This document shows, piece after piece, positions 31,479 to 41,662 of a stretch of 64,000 nucleotides of DNA. This DNA is from Candidatus Poribacteria bacterium (GTDB lineage: Bacteria; Poribacteria; WGA-4E; WGA-3G): contig CBDFHD010000002.1 in assembly GCA_965247285.1 (NCBI GenBank), positions 548,632 to 612,631 of the forward strand. Direction: 5' to 3'. Below the pieces are notes generated by a model. That model was not told where the DNA came from, made no database searches, and saw nothing but the letters and a program-made list of their open reading frames with translations. Numbering within the stretch: position 1 is the stretch's first letter; each line of letters begins with the position of its first letter. Both the position numbers and the translations under genes were made by a program.

Positions 31479-32417
31479 ATGGCAAATTTGAGTATTCTTA
31501 TCCATCTTGATTATACGCTCATGATTGTTGCCATCGGTGCTGCCTTGCTGGGTGCTGTAAGCGGATCACTCGGTACCTATGCTGTTTTGCGACGGCAGAG
31601 TCTCCTCGGCGATGCCATCTCACATGCCGCCTTGCCCGGCGTTGCAATCGCATTTCTGCTGACGGGAAGCAAAACGCCTCTGATTCTGGTCCTCGGTGCG
31701 GCACTTGCGGGCTGGCTCGGCACGCTGCTCATTTTAAGTATCGTGAGGCTGACCCGTATCAAATACGATAGCGCGCTTGGAATCGTACTCTCTACCTTTT
31801 TCGGATTTGGTTTAGTGCTGCATACACTAATTCAACGCACGGGCAATGCAAATCAAGCCGGGTTAGATACGTTTCTCTTCGGACAAGCCGCTACGGTCCT
31901 GGAGAGCGATGTCTTGACGATAGGTATACTCGGTGGTGTCGCAATCATCATCATGTTCGTCTTTTGGAAAGAGTTGAAGTTGCTGGTTTTCGATGAGGGT
32001 TTCGCTGCATCGCTTGGGTTCCCAATCCGTGTGCTTGATATTCTGTTGACGAGTCTCCTTGTTATAGCAATCGTTCTCGGTTTGCAAGCTGTCGGTGCCG
32101 TCCTGATGAGTGCGATGTTGGTCGCGCCAGCAGTCGCCGCACGGCAGTGGACAAATAAGCTTAGTCTGATGATGTTTCTCGCCGCATGCTTTGGAGCACT
32201 GGCTGGGGTGAGCGGAACTATTATTAGTAGTAGTGCTTCACGCATCCCGACCGGTCCAACGATTGTGCTGTGTGCAACGGTTGTGGTGGGGCTCTCGATC
32301 GCTTTTGCCCCGAATCGCGGGCTTTTATGGGACTGGCTTCGGCACCAACGAAACAAACAGGGTCTAAAGGTGGCAATGGATCGGTTGTTGAAGCATCCGC
32401 AGCGTGGGAGCGAATAG
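31479..32417 (+). CDS. metal ABC transporter permease (TroC/ZnuB/MntC-like)
   Basis: Multi-pass membrane protein of the ABC-3 permease family. Confidence 0.8.
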   Translation: MANLSILIHLDYTLMIVAIGAALLGAVSGSLGTYAVLRRQSLLGDAISHAALPGVAIAFLLTGSKTPLILVLGAALAGWLGTLLILSIVRLTRIKYDSALGIVLSTFFGFGLVLHTLIQRTGNANQAGLDTFLFGQAATVLESDVLTIGILGGVAIIIMFVFWKELKLLVFDEGFAASLGFPIRVLDILLTSLLVIAIVLGLQAVGAVLMSAMLVAPAVAARQWTNKLSLMMFLAACFGALAGVSGTIISSSASRIPTGPTIVLCATVVVGLSIAFAPNRGLLWDWLRHQRNKQGLKVAMDRLLKHPQRGSE

Positions 32418-32423
32418 GAAAAA

Positions 32424-33533
32424 GTGATACAAGACCATCTTGATATCCAACTCATTGCGATTGTCACAGCGGTGGCGTGTGCTTTGCCGGGTGTGTTCTT
32501 AGTTCTACGGCGGATGACTTTGATGAGCGACGCGATTAGCCACGCGATTCTTCCCGGCATCGTGCTCGCCTTTTTTCTTACAGAGAGTCTGTCATCGCCG
32601 CTCCTAATTCTTGCCGCTGCGGGAACCGGTGTGCTCACTGTTGTTTTCGTTGAATTGCTGCAGCGGACGAAACTGGTGAAAGAGGATGCCGCGATTGGGT
32701 TGACATTCCCTGCTCTTTTCAGCATCGGGGTGATCCTGATTTCCAAATTTGCAGGCAGCGTTCACTTGGATATGGATGCCGTCCTTCTCGGCGAACTTGC
32801 TTACGCCCATTTAAATCGACTGGAGGTCTTCGGATACAATCTCGGTCCCGTTTCTCTGTATGTAATGGGAACGATTCTTCTGCTGAACCTCGCCTTTATT
32901 CTACTATTTTACAAAGAATTGAAGTTAGCAACCTTTGACGCAAGTTTGGCTGCCGCGTTGGGGTTTGCGCCGACGCTTATCCACTACGGTCTGATGACAC
33001 TGGTATCCGTAACAACAGTTGGAGCATTTGACGCTGTTGGGTCGATATTAGTTGTTGCTCTCATCGCTGGACCACCTGCTACCGCTTATCTCATAACAAA
33101 CAGGCTTTCCGTGATGCTCACCCTGAGTGCGGTTATCGGGAGTGTGAATGCTGTGAGTGGTTATTGGGTCGCGTACCTCTTCGATGTCTCTATTGCGGGG
33201 TCGATTGCGACGATGACGCTCCTCGTGTTCGGACTGGTTTTTCTGGTTGTTCCGAGCCGCGGACTTATCGCTATCGCACGTAGGCGGACACGCCAAAAAT
33301 GGGAGTTTGCCCAAACGATGTTAGTGATTCACCTCTTTAATCACGAGGGACTTCCGGAAGCAGAGGCAGAATCAGAGATAGCACACCTTCATGAACATCT
33401 TCGCTGGGATCCGGAATTTGCGACCCATGTCGTAAAATACGCATTGAACAACCGATGTGTCTCTCAAGAGGAGACACTGTTAACGCTAACGGAACACGGA
33501 CGCGCGGTAGCACAGCAGGCACTTGTGCAATAG
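32424..33533 (+). CDS. metal ABC transporter permease (TroD-like) with an approximately 80-aa soluble C-terminal extension
   Basis: ABC-3 permease body plus C-terminal tail IHLFNHEGLPEAEAESEIAHLHEHLRWDPEFATHVVKYALNNRCVSQEETLLTLTEHGRAVAQQ (winged-helix / DtxR-C-like?). Confidence 0.75.
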   Translation: MIQDHLDIQLIAIVTAVACALPGVFLVLRRMTLMSDAISHAILPGIVLAFFLTESLSSPLLILAAAGTGVLTVVFVELLQRTKLVKEDAAIGLTFPALFSIGVILISKFAGSVHLDMDAVLLGELAYAHLNRLEVFGYNLGPVSLYVMGTILLLNLAFILLFYKELKLATFDASLAAALGFAPTLIHYGLMTLVSVTTVGAFDAVGSILVVALIAGPPATAYLITNRLSVMLTLSAVIGSVNAVSGYWVAYLFDVSIAGSIATMTLLVFGLVFLVVPSRGLIAIARRRTRQKWEFAQTMLVIHLFNHEGLPEAEAESEIAHLHEHLRWDPEFATHVVKYALNNRCVSQEETLLTLTEHGRAVAQQALVQ

Positions 33534-33949
33534 CGATAGACTGGTATCCTGAATCAAGAATAGTTTCTTGAGGTATCCTATATATTGTTGAAAAATAAAT
33601 CTGAAAAACATCGTTTTTTGTGGTATCCTATACTAACCCAAGTTGCTACTAACAAGTTTTGAACGTTTCAACAAGGTTTTTAGCACTTCTTCACCCCGGA
33701 GGGGTGCTATGTCTATAGAAAACGGTGCATTTAAGTTATCGCACTCCAGCGGAGTGCTATTGATTCGCAGTGAGAATAAATAGGTGGCAACTTGCGTTAT
33801 ACTATATAACAGGGTCGGGTATGCAGTTTCGGACGAACCTACTTCATAATAAAGATTTGATAACTCTAAGGGATTGGGTTATTTTGTGAACAAAAAAAGA
33901 AGCAAAGCCATACCAAATACGGCGGGTACAGCGTTTTCTACAAAATACC

Positions 33950-34299
33950 ATGATTACAATGACGTATAAAGAATATATCGCTCAAATCGTTTATAGCGAA
34001 GAAGACGGTTGTTTCATCGGAGATCTTGTAGGTATTCGTGATATATAGTAAAGTCCAAAAATATGTGGACAGTTAGTCAGTGAACAACGACCCCACCGCC
34101 GCTGGCGAGGATTGTATCCTCGCCTCTTTAGAGCGTCCAAGTAATTATAGGCTTTACTATAATTAGTTTTCACGGTGATTCTCTTGAAGAGATTCGTACC
34201 GCTTTTGAAGAATCCGTTGATGATTACCTCTTAACGTGTCAAGAATTCAATCGCTCACCACAGAAGCCTGTTTATGCCAAAGAGACGACAGCGGACTGA
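33950..34299 (+). pseudogene. HicB-family (UPF0150) antitoxin gene interrupted by a 115-bp MITE
   Basis: 5' part 33950..34045 encodes MITMTYKEYIAQIVYSEEDGCFIGDLVGIRDI, then TAG formed by the MITE end. 3' part 34168..34299 encodes FHGDSLEEIRTAFEESVDDYLLTCQEFNRSPQKPVYAKETTAD. Together they give the HicB N-domain pattern (..EEDG....DLPG....GDTLEEA...). Confidence 0.6.
34046..34160. mobile_element. MITE-like element family B (TIRs TAGTAAAGTCC / GGCTTTACTA) inserted in the hicB-like gene
   Basis: Carries the TGAACAACGACCCCACCGCCGCTGGCGAGGATTGTATCCTCGCC core hairpin; homologous to 25494..25604. Confidence 0.6.
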
Positions 34300-34314
34300 T
34301 AGGAAAATTAAAAT

Positions 34315-36669
34315 ATGCTCCTTACGATGGGTATGGAAATAAATGGAAAAGCCATGAAACAAATCGGTTGGAAATGGTTTTTAGGAAGCGTTCTCCTTCT
34401 CAATATGGTATGGGTGGCAAGTGCCGATGAAGCCGCACTAAAAAATCCAGATGGCTCATGGAAGTGGACGAATCGGCTTATCCATGAAACCAGTCCTTAT
34501 CTGCTGCTCCATGCACATAACCCCGTAGAGTGGTATGCGTGGGGCGATGAAGCAGTGGAGCGTGCGAAGAAAGAAAATAAGTTAATTTTTCTCTCTGTCG
34601 GATACTCTACATGTTATTGGTGCCACGTCATGGAGCGGGAGGTCTTCTCAAATCCAGAAATTGCCGCTGTGATGAACAAGGACTTTATTAATATCAAGAT
34701 TGATAGAGAAGAACGTCCAGACTTGGACGAAATCTATATGACAGCGACGCAATTACTAATACAGCGCGGCGGATGGCCCAACTCTGTTTTCCTCACCCCT
34801 GATTTAAAGCCGTTTTATGCTGGCACCTATTTCCCACCGACGGATATGCCCGGCAGACCGGGGTTTCCAACGATCCTTGATGCGGTGCATGAAGCATGGG
34901 TAACGCGAGAGGCGGAAGTCATTGAATCCGCAAACCAGATTTTAAAAACTATTGAGTTGGCAACAAGCAGAGGGTTCACGGCACTCACTGCCACACCACT
35001 GGATAGATCGCTTACGACTGCTGCATTGGACTATCTCCGTACGACTTATAGTCACGCCTACGGTGGATTTGGTAGAGCCCCGAAATTCCCAAGTCCTGCC
35101 AATCTTGAATTTTTGCTCAGTGAATACGAGCGAAGATCGGGGTTACAAACCGCTCCCACAGAAGATGAATCGTTGTTAGAAATGGTGACGTATACGCTCG
35201 ATATGATGGCTTACGGTGGGATGTATGACCAGATAGGCGGCGGTTTTCACCGGTATTCTGTTGATGCAAAGTGGCTAATTCCGCATTTTGAGAAGATGCT
35301 TTACGACAACGCACAATTGGCGAAAGTTTATCTCCACGCCTATCAGTTAACACAAGAACCTCGCTATCGGCGTATTGCTGAAGAGATCTTCAGTTTCATT
35401 TTCCGAGAGATGACGGCACCTGAAGGTGGGTTTTACGCTGCTTTAGACGCTGAGACGGATGCCGAAGAGGGGAAGTATTACGTCTGGACTGCCGATGAGA
35501 TTCAGAAAATTCTCGGTAAGAAGAGTACCGCACGTTTTGCTGGTGTTTACGGCGTTGACAAGGGACCTAATTTTGAAGGTAAAAGTGTTCTCTATGTTCC
35601 TAATGGAGCAGCGGCGGAGGATGCGCTCAAGGAAGTAGAATCTGCGCGGGAGAAACTTTTAACGGCACGCTTTGATCGCGAATACCCCTTACTGGACACA
35701 AAAATCATTGTCAATTGGAACGGCTTGATGATAGACGCGCTCGCTTATGGCTATCAGGTGCTTGGTGAGGAGCGATATCTTATCGCTGCGTCAAAAGCTG
35801 CACAGTTTATTCTTGACACCCTGAAAAAACCGAATGGTGAATTGTGCCATGTTTATACTGCTGGTGTCGTAAAACAGGATGTGTATCTTGATGACTACGC
35901 CTTTTTTGTCCGAGGGTTGCTTGGATTGTATCGGGCTACAAGAGAAGAGCAGTGGTTGAATTCAGCGAAAAGACTGACTGATGCGATGATTCAACTTTTT
36001 TGGGCTGACAAAGATGGGGGCTTCTATTACACGAAGGCGGATGCAAAGCATCTTATTGTGCGGACCAAGAAACCTTATGACTCCGCTATTCCGTCTGGCA
36101 ATGCTGTCGCTGTCGCAAATCTTTTGGCATTTGGGACAGATTATCGAGGTTACGCTGAAGAAACCCTGCAGAGTTTCGCTCAATCTATGTCACAAAGCCC
36201 CTCGTCCTTCATGTATATGCATTTTGCTCTTAACCGCTATCTAACCGCAGGAGAAGAAATTGGTGCGGCAACGCCATCAATTTTAAGCGCGACCGCTGAA
36301 GTTAATGCCCAAAACAAAGGAATATACGATGTGATGCTTCAACTCAATATTGCTTCGGGTTGGCACATTAACGCAAACCCCGCGGGGCAAGACAATTTGA
36401 TTCCAACAACGATTACAGTGAACACAGATACCCCGTTAGAAATTGTCGATGTAGCGTATCCGAAAGGGAGATCGGCGCGTTTTGAATTTAGTAGCGAATC
36501 CTTGAATGTTTATGAAGAAAGTCTCACGATTCCGTTGCAGTTAAAACAGAAGCCGAATACGAAGCACGACAAAAACGTCGCAATTATCCTAAAACTCACC
36601 TATCAACTCTGTAATGAAACTGAATGTTTGTTGCCACAGACATTGGATATTCCGTTAGAGGTGCCGTAG
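34315..36669 (+). CDS. thioredoxin-domain protein YyaL/DUF255 family (thioredoxin plus six-hairpin glycosidase-like plus C-terminal domain), secreted
   Basis: [42 protein letters not shown] (DUF255 thioredoxin-like with CxxC). Conserved leader AGGAAAATTAAAAT precedes ATG 34315; signal-peptide logic favours an internal ATG near 34354 as the alternative start. Confidence 0.8.
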   Translation: MLLTMGMEINGKAMKQIGWKWFLGSVLLLNMVWVASADEAALKNPDGSWKWTNRLIHETSPYLLLHAHNPVEWYAWGDEAVERAKKENKLIFLSVGYSTCYWCHVMEREVFSNPEIAAVMNKDFINIKIDREERPDLDEIYMTATQLLIQRGGWPNSVFLTPDLKPFYAGTYFPPTDMPGRPGFPTILDAVHEAWVTREAEVIESANQILKTIELATSRGFTALTATPLDRSLTTAALDYLRTTYSHAYGGFGRAPKFPSPANLEFLLSEYERRSGLQTAPTEDESLLEMVTYTLDMMAYGGMYDQIGGGFHRYSVDAKWLIPHFEKMLYDNAQLAKVYLHAYQLTQEPRYRRIAEEIFSFIFREMTAPEGGFYAALDAETDAEEGKYYVWTADEIQKILGKKSTARFAGVYGVDKGPNFEGKSVLYVPNGAAAEDALKEVESAREKLLTARFDREYPLLDTKIIVNWNGLMIDALAYGYQVLGEERYLIAASKAAQFILDTLKKPNGELCHVYTAGVVKQDVYLDDYAFFVRGLLGLYRATREEQWLNSAKRLTDAMIQLFWADKDGGFYYTKADAKHLIVRTKKPYDSAIPSGNAVAVANLLAFGTDYRGYAEETLQSFAQSMSQSPSSFMYMHFALNRYLTAGEEIGAATPSILSATAEVNAQNKGIYDVMLQLNIASGWHINANPAGQDNLIPTTITVNTDTPLEIVDVAYPKGRSARFEFSSESLNVYEESLTIPLQLKQKPNTKHDKNVAIILKLTYQLCNETECLLPQTLDIPLEVP

Positions 36670-36842
36670 TTTTTACCTATGAGCAGTGAGGCTCCTTCCG
36701 CAATGGGTGCGATTACAGCGGACACTCCTCACAATTTTCTTGCCAATCAGATTCTCGTTTGATATAATAGAATTTAGTGATCGGTTTTAGAACCCTACCC
36801 AGTTTTATGAGTATACATTTCCAACCTTAAGAGGAACCTTAC

Positions 36843-37673
36843 ATGAAAACCTTTATTTCAATTTGCACCACGCTGCTTTTCCTATTAATGGCGTGTCACG
36901 CTACGTTTGCTGATGTTGTTGAAGATCCTGTGCTCTATCTCGATGCCGCTGACAACCCTGCGCATCCGAAGGCATGGGAGAATCTTGGTACCGAAGGCGG
37001 TGAATTGCTTGTGGCAGACAAGCCAATGGAACTCGAAGAAGGCGAAATTAAAATTCCTGCCCTCGGTGTCAGCGAACCGAATGCGAAGTATTACACAACC
37101 AAGGAATCCCATTCAACTTTTGGCGGTCCGCCACCCAAAAATCCACCACTGTTTTTCGAGGACTGGACATTGGAATTCCTCTGTAGGCGCAACGGCGATT
37201 TTTTTCTTGAGGAGCATCACTTCGCCGGTTTCCAGAACAGTCCAAGAGAAGGCAAGCAGGGAGTTCGGCTGTGGATAGTCGGCGGTCAGAATTTGGACAT
37301 GTCCATCCATGCTGGTGGTTCTAAGCAAGGTGTTCAACCGCTTAACCTCAAACTTGAGGAAGGTGTTTGGACCTGGATAACGGTTGTCGGCACGAATGAT
37401 AAGTCAATTGTAGCGTATCAAGATGGTAAAGAAGTCAGCGAACAAGCCGGTTTTGAATTCGACAAGAGTTTACCAATAGACGACATCTCAATCGGTGCCA
37501 ATTCCTTCGATGAACGCCGTCGAACGTTTAATGGTTCGTTTGCGATTGTCCGCGCTTATGACAAAGCACTATCCGAAGCGGAGGTTAACCAAAACATCTC
37601 TGACACATTTGCTGTTGATCCGGCAGACAAACTTCCAACGGTTTGGGCAAAGGTAAAACGCGACTATCAATAG
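36843..37673 (+). CDS. secreted LamG-like jellyroll protein (divergent member)
   Basis: Signal peptide; concanavalin-like pattern; C-terminus ...DPADKLPTVWAKVKRDYQ carries the family C-terminal motif. Confidence 0.6.
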   Translation: MKTFISICTTLLFLLMACHATFADVVEDPVLYLDAADNPAHPKAWENLGTEGGELLVADKPMELEEGEIKIPALGVSEPNAKYYTTKESHSTFGGPPPKNPPLFFEDWTLEFLCRRNGDFFLEEHHFAGFQNSPREGKQGVRLWIVGGQNLDMSIHAGGSKQGVQPLNLKLEEGVWTWITVVGTNDKSIVAYQDGKEVSEQAGFEFDKSLPIDDISIGANSFDERRRTFNGSFAIVRAYDKALSEAEVNQNISDTFAVDPADKLPTVWAKVKRDYQ

Positions 37674-37943
37674 AATTGCACGTTTACATCCTACTTGTAG
37701 GCGCGACCTCCCGGTCGCGATACATCTTCGCTGGCGAGGTTTTCAACCTCGCTATGCCAACTGTACACGTAACACCGTTCAATACTAATTGATAGAGAGA
37801 ATAAAGATGTCTCAGCCTTCCACTGTTCCTACGCGAGTTCAAGAAACCCGATACCTTGTTTTGGATGATCGCCTCATTGACGAGGCGATCGCGGCGGAAC
37901 TTACCCTTATCAAGCAGCATGTTGAAGATGTCGCATGCTGTTT

Positions 37944-39134
37944 CTACAACGTCCCGGCGTGTGCCCGAATCTTCTGGAACGCATCTAAAATCTGTTGCAT
38001 ATCGTCCGTATCCCCTAAAAACATGGAATGTCCGAAACTGCAGACCTCTTCGCTATAGACGCGTTCTGCCTGTGGGCAATTGAGCGTGCTGTAGTCAATC
38101 GCCTGGTCCCCGAGGTATTTACGCGGTAATCCGAGCTGATCAAACAGTTCGGGATTGCCGAAAGGACCTTCGTTGTAAATGGGTTCACCATGCGCACCGA
38201 CACCACACGAAACGCCTTCTGCGCCGAGTGCTTCTAAGAACCGATCGCGTGAAACACCGCCGAACTCCTCAGAGACAAACCGGAAATCCCAATAGTAGAA
38301 ACACCATCGCGTGGCGCGCGCATCGCGCGGGATCGGGTGGAGTCCGTCTATCGCCTCCATGCCCTTGGAGAGGTATGCGATATTTCGTTCGCGCGTCTCT
38401 ACCTGCTCTTCAAACCGTTCCAATTGATTCAGTAAGAGCGTCGCTTGGAAGTTGGTCATCCGCATGTTCAACTGCGCGAAGCGACCCGCATTTTCTGCGA
38501 GTGTTTCATCGTTTGTGAGTACCATTCCACCTTCGCCGCAGGTAAGTGTCTTTCCCATCTGGAAGCTGAATGCGCCGAGGTGTCCGATTGAGCCAAGTCC
38601 TTTTCCGCGCCATTGTGAACCGTGGGCATGCGCACAGTCCTCAATCACTTTGAGATTGTGTTTGTCAGCGATCTCCATGATCGCGTCCATGTCTGCAGGG
38701 TAGCCGCCGTTATGTACTGGGATAATCGCCCGCGTTCGTGGCGTAATGGCTTTTTCAATTGCATCGGGTGCGATGTTGTAGGTGAGCGGGTCGATGTCAA
38801 CGATGACAGGCACCGCATTGACGCACACAACCGACGTTCCTGTCGCCACGAATGTCAGGGCGGGAACGATGACTTCATCACCCGCGGTAATGCCAGCAGC
38901 CTTTAGTGCGCATTGTAACGCCACAGTCCCGTTTGCGAGTGGAATACCATATTTCGCATCCTGAAACGCCGCGAACTTTTCACCGACTTCATCGACTTTC
39001 TCGCGTCGGTTCCACGCGCCGCTCCGTAGGGTCTCTAAAAGTGCGTTCTCTTCGGTTTCATCAAAAATCGGCCAACTTTTCCCTAAACTGCCTTTAACGA
39101 TGGGTTCACCGCCATTAAGTGCTAACTTTGCCAT
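37944..39134 (-). CDS. DegT/DnrJ/EryC1/StrS-family PLP-dependent (sugar) aminotransferase
   Basis: Fold-type I aminotransferase pattern with conserved PLP-lysine region (FSFQMGKTLTCGEGG). Confidence 0.85.
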   Translation of the reverse strand: MAKLALNGGEPIVKGSLGKSWPIFDETEENALLETLRSGAWNRREKVDEVGEKFAAFQDAKYGIPLANGTVALQCALKAAGITAGDEVIVPALTFVATGTSVVCVNAVPVIVDIDPLTYNIAPDAIEKAITPRTRAIIPVHNGGYPADMDAIMEIADKHNLKVIEDCAHAHGSQWRGKGLGSIGHLGAFSFQMGKTLTCGEGGMVLTNDETLAENAGRFAQLNMRMTNFQATLLLNQLERFEEQVETRERNIAYLSKGMEAIDGLHPIPRDARATRWCFYYWDFRFVSEEFGGVSRDRFLEALGAEGVSCGVGAHGEPIYNEGPFGNPELFDQLGLPRKYLGDQAIDYSTLNCPQAERVYSEEVCSFGHSMFLGDTDDMQQILDAFQKIRAHAGTL

Positions 39135-39312
39135 ATCTCTGTCCCCCTTGCTATGTGCTTCAGTGTTACGGGTGGTTTGATTTTAGCAGTGCTCCCTTTT
39201 TTAGTCAACCTCTTTGATCGCGTTCGTATCATAGTATTTGTAGTATTCTTCTTGCAGATTTCGTCAGGATTCGCTATAGTAATCTTCGGAAACCCGAAAC
39301 GGTGTGTAAACT

Positions 39313-40224
39313 ATGGAATCAATAAATCGAACACTCACAGCAATAGACGGAATCACGGTGGGGCATGCTACCAATTTAACCGCTCGAACAGGGTGTACGG
39401 TTATCCTCTGTCCAGCAGGAGCAACGGCGGGTGTTGATGTGCGCGGTGCTGCACCCGGCACGCGGGAGACGGAAGCACTCCGTCCCGGACGTTTAGTCCA
39501 AAAAGCACACGCGGTACTCCTGACAGGTGGAAGTGCCTTCGGATTAGATGCTGCGGGTGGTGTCGTCCAATATCTTGAGGAAAAGAATGTCGGCTTTCCC
39601 GCAGGTCCCGTTCGTGTGCCGATCGTTCCCGCGGCTGTTATTTTCGATCTGGGGGTTGGCGACGCAAGCATCCGCCCTGACCGAGAGATGGGGTATCAGG
39701 CATGCCTTAACGCTACAGATGAACCCGTAGCGATGGGTGCTGTTGGGGCAGGCACAGGTGCCACCGTCGGTAAAGCCCCCGGCGTTACATCTTCTCCGGG
39801 TGGGGTCGGTTCGGCATGTATGCGTCTCGATTCTGGCTTGATTGTCGCTGCGATCATGGTTGTGAATGCGCTTGGGAATGTTGTGCATCCAAGGACGGGT
39901 GAGATTCTCGCAGGTGGAAAGGAAAACGGTGATTTCGTAGACATTACTGAACGGCTTTTGGATGCAAATTTGGTTCAGGGAACCAACACAACTATCGGTG
40001 TTGTGGCTACAAATGCGACACTTTCCCCCGCAGAGGTTCACCGAGTGGCAGAGATGGCGCACGACGGGATGGCGCGAGCGATTCGTCCTGCACATACTAT
40101 GTTCGATGGGGATACGCTTTTTGCCCTCGCCACAGGATTGCACACTGGAAGCGGTGTAAACGCTGTTGGTATTCTCGCGGCGGAGGTTGTCGCGGAGGCG
40201 ATTGTTAACGCGGTGACCGCTTAA
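39313..40224 (+). CDS. peptidase S58 (DmpA / P1-family aminopeptidase) protein
   Basis: GITVGHATNLTARTGCTVIL and ...TTIGVVATNATLS motifs typical of DmpA/S58. Confidence 0.75.
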   Translation: MESINRTLTAIDGITVGHATNLTARTGCTVILCPAGATAGVDVRGAAPGTRETEALRPGRLVQKAHAVLLTGGSAFGLDAAGGVVQYLEEKNVGFPAGPVRVPIVPAAVIFDLGVGDASIRPDREMGYQACLNATDEPVAMGAVGAGTGATVGKAPGVTSSPGGVGSACMRLDSGLIVAAIMVVNALGNVVHPRTGEILAGGKENGDFVDITERLLDANLVQGTNTTIGVVATNATLSPAEVHRVAEMAHDGMARAIRPAHTMFDGDTLFALATGLHTGSGVNAVGILAAEVVAEAIVNAVTA

Positions 40225-41624
40225 ATCGGTTGCCCTTGCATTGCTTCTGGAATGTCAATATCGAATTCGTTTAGGACTGTCGGGGCAATGTCGTATATGC
40301 TTTTAGCAGGCACGTTTCCGAGTTGTCGCGACCGGGAGGACGCTCCTACAGGGGCGTTTGACGCGGATTTGAAAATAAACATTCCCATCTCTGCATGGTT
40401 GCAATCGTCGGGACCGGTATCGTTTTCGTAGGTATAGATGCTGTTGTATCCGACGCTTCCGACCGAACGCCAAAAGAGGTTACCGAAGTAGACGATGAGA
40501 TCAGGAGCAATGTTTCGGCATTCTCGGTAGACCTCTTCAGGTTTAAAGACCCGTGTGCCGATGTTATGTCCCGCCTCGTCTACAATTGCTTCAAGTTGCA
40601 CCTTCAATTCATCGCGGATGCTGTCGTAATCTTGTGCGCTGACAATCCCGTTAGGTTCTCTGCCTTCAACGTTTATAAAAATTCGCGCGTAATACCCGCC
40701 CTCTCCCCACGCTTTTGTTTTTTCCCAGTCCACTAAATCCGCTGTCCATCGTGTAATTCCTTGCGGTTCGGTTTTAAGTGTCAGATAACCGTGCTTTCGG
40801 AGCCATTCATTGACACAGATACCCCCATCCATCCGTTTTGCGCCGTGATCGGAGACCACCATGACTGTGGTGTTTTCGTCCACACACGCTAACGTCTCTC
40901 CGAGTTCGACATCGAGGGTGTGGTAGTAGTTCCGCATCGTCTCCGAGAATGGCGAGTTCGGCTCATACGCACGGTGTGTTTTGTCCCAAAATCGCCAAAA
41001 GGCGTGGTGAAGCCGATCGGACCCCATTTCAACCATTGTAAAGAGGTCCCAGTCCTTTGTTTCAATCAGATAACGTGCGAGTTTGAAACGTTCGGTGGTC
41101 ATTTTGAGGAGTTGTTGCTCCAGCTCGGCGCGCCGATCCGTGCGAAAATTGGGAATATCGATCATGTAATCGCTGGAGACTTGTGCGATTTCGCGTGTCA
41201 GTCGCCGTGGAAAAGTCCATTGCGAATTGAGATTGGGTGTGAGGAAACTGGTAACCATCCATCCCGGGAACGGTTTCGCTGGGTAGGTGAGTGGCACTCC
41301 CAAAACGACTGATTTCTTTTCTGATTGTCCTAATAGATCCCAGAGTGTCGGCACTTTGACGGCGTGTGAGTTGGCGATGGTGAGCGCATCGTAGGAATAA
41401 TCCTTGCGGTTGCGGAAACCGTAGATGCCGAGTTCACCCGGATCACGGCTGGTCATCATGCACATCCACGCAGGAACGGTGATAGGCGGGATCGTGCTTT
41501 CCAATTCGCCATAGATGCTTTCTTCCATTAAACGACGTGTATTGGGCATATCGTCTTTGAACGCATCAAAGACAAGTTTAGGCTCCGCACAATCCCAACC
41601 GATAATAAGGACCCGTTTCTTCAT
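40221..41624 (-). CDS. alkaline-phosphatase superfamily protein (type I phosphodiesterase / nucleotide pyrophosphatase-like)
   Basis: N-terminal RVLIIGWDCAEP..., metal-ligand-rich core (MVVSDHGA); 3' end overlaps the S58 gene end by 4 nt (convergent). Confidence 0.65.
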   Translation of the reverse strand: MKKRVLIIGWDCAEPKLVFDAFKDDMPNTRRLMEESIYGELESTIPPITVPAWMCMMTSRDPGELGIYGFRNRKDYSYDALTIANSHAVKVPTLWDLLGQSEKKSVVLGVPLTYPAKPFPGWMVTSFLTPNLNSQWTFPRRLTREIAQVSSDYMIDIPNFRTDRRAELEQQLLKMTTERFKLARYLIETKDWDLFTMVEMGSDRLHHAFWRFWDKTHRAYEPNSPFSETMRNYYHTLDVELGETLACVDENTTVMVVSDHGAKRMDGGICVNEWLRKHGYLTLKTEPQGITRWTADLVDWEKTKAWGEGGYYARIFINVEGREPNGIVSAQDYDSIRDELKVQLEAIVDEAGHNIGTRVFKPEEVYRECRNIAPDLIVYFGNLFWRSVGSVGYNSIYTYENDTGPDDCNHAEMGMFIFKSASNAPVGASSRSRQLGNVPAKSIYDIAPTVLNEFDIDIPEAMQGQPI

Positions 41625-41662
41625 ATTTTTAACTATAAAATCTGGTCACCGTTCATTTTAAA

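Noticed and set aside
31853-32746. 297-aa minus-strand ORF and other long antisense ORFs (e.g. 2753..3274, 39544..40143, 20029..20439, 14143..14598)
   Set aside because: They lie entirely antisense within well-supported genes (ABC-3 permeases, radical SAM, S58 peptidase, etc.), lack ribosome-binding sites and domains, and have arbitrary composition, so they are shadow ORFs.
33560-33945. Candidate HicA toxin ORF upstream of the hicB remnant (e.g. VNKKRSKAIPNTAGTAFSTKYHDYNDV)
   Set aside because: The short peptide has no similarity to the HicA pattern that I can recognise and overlaps low-complexity sequence. It is probably not a gene.
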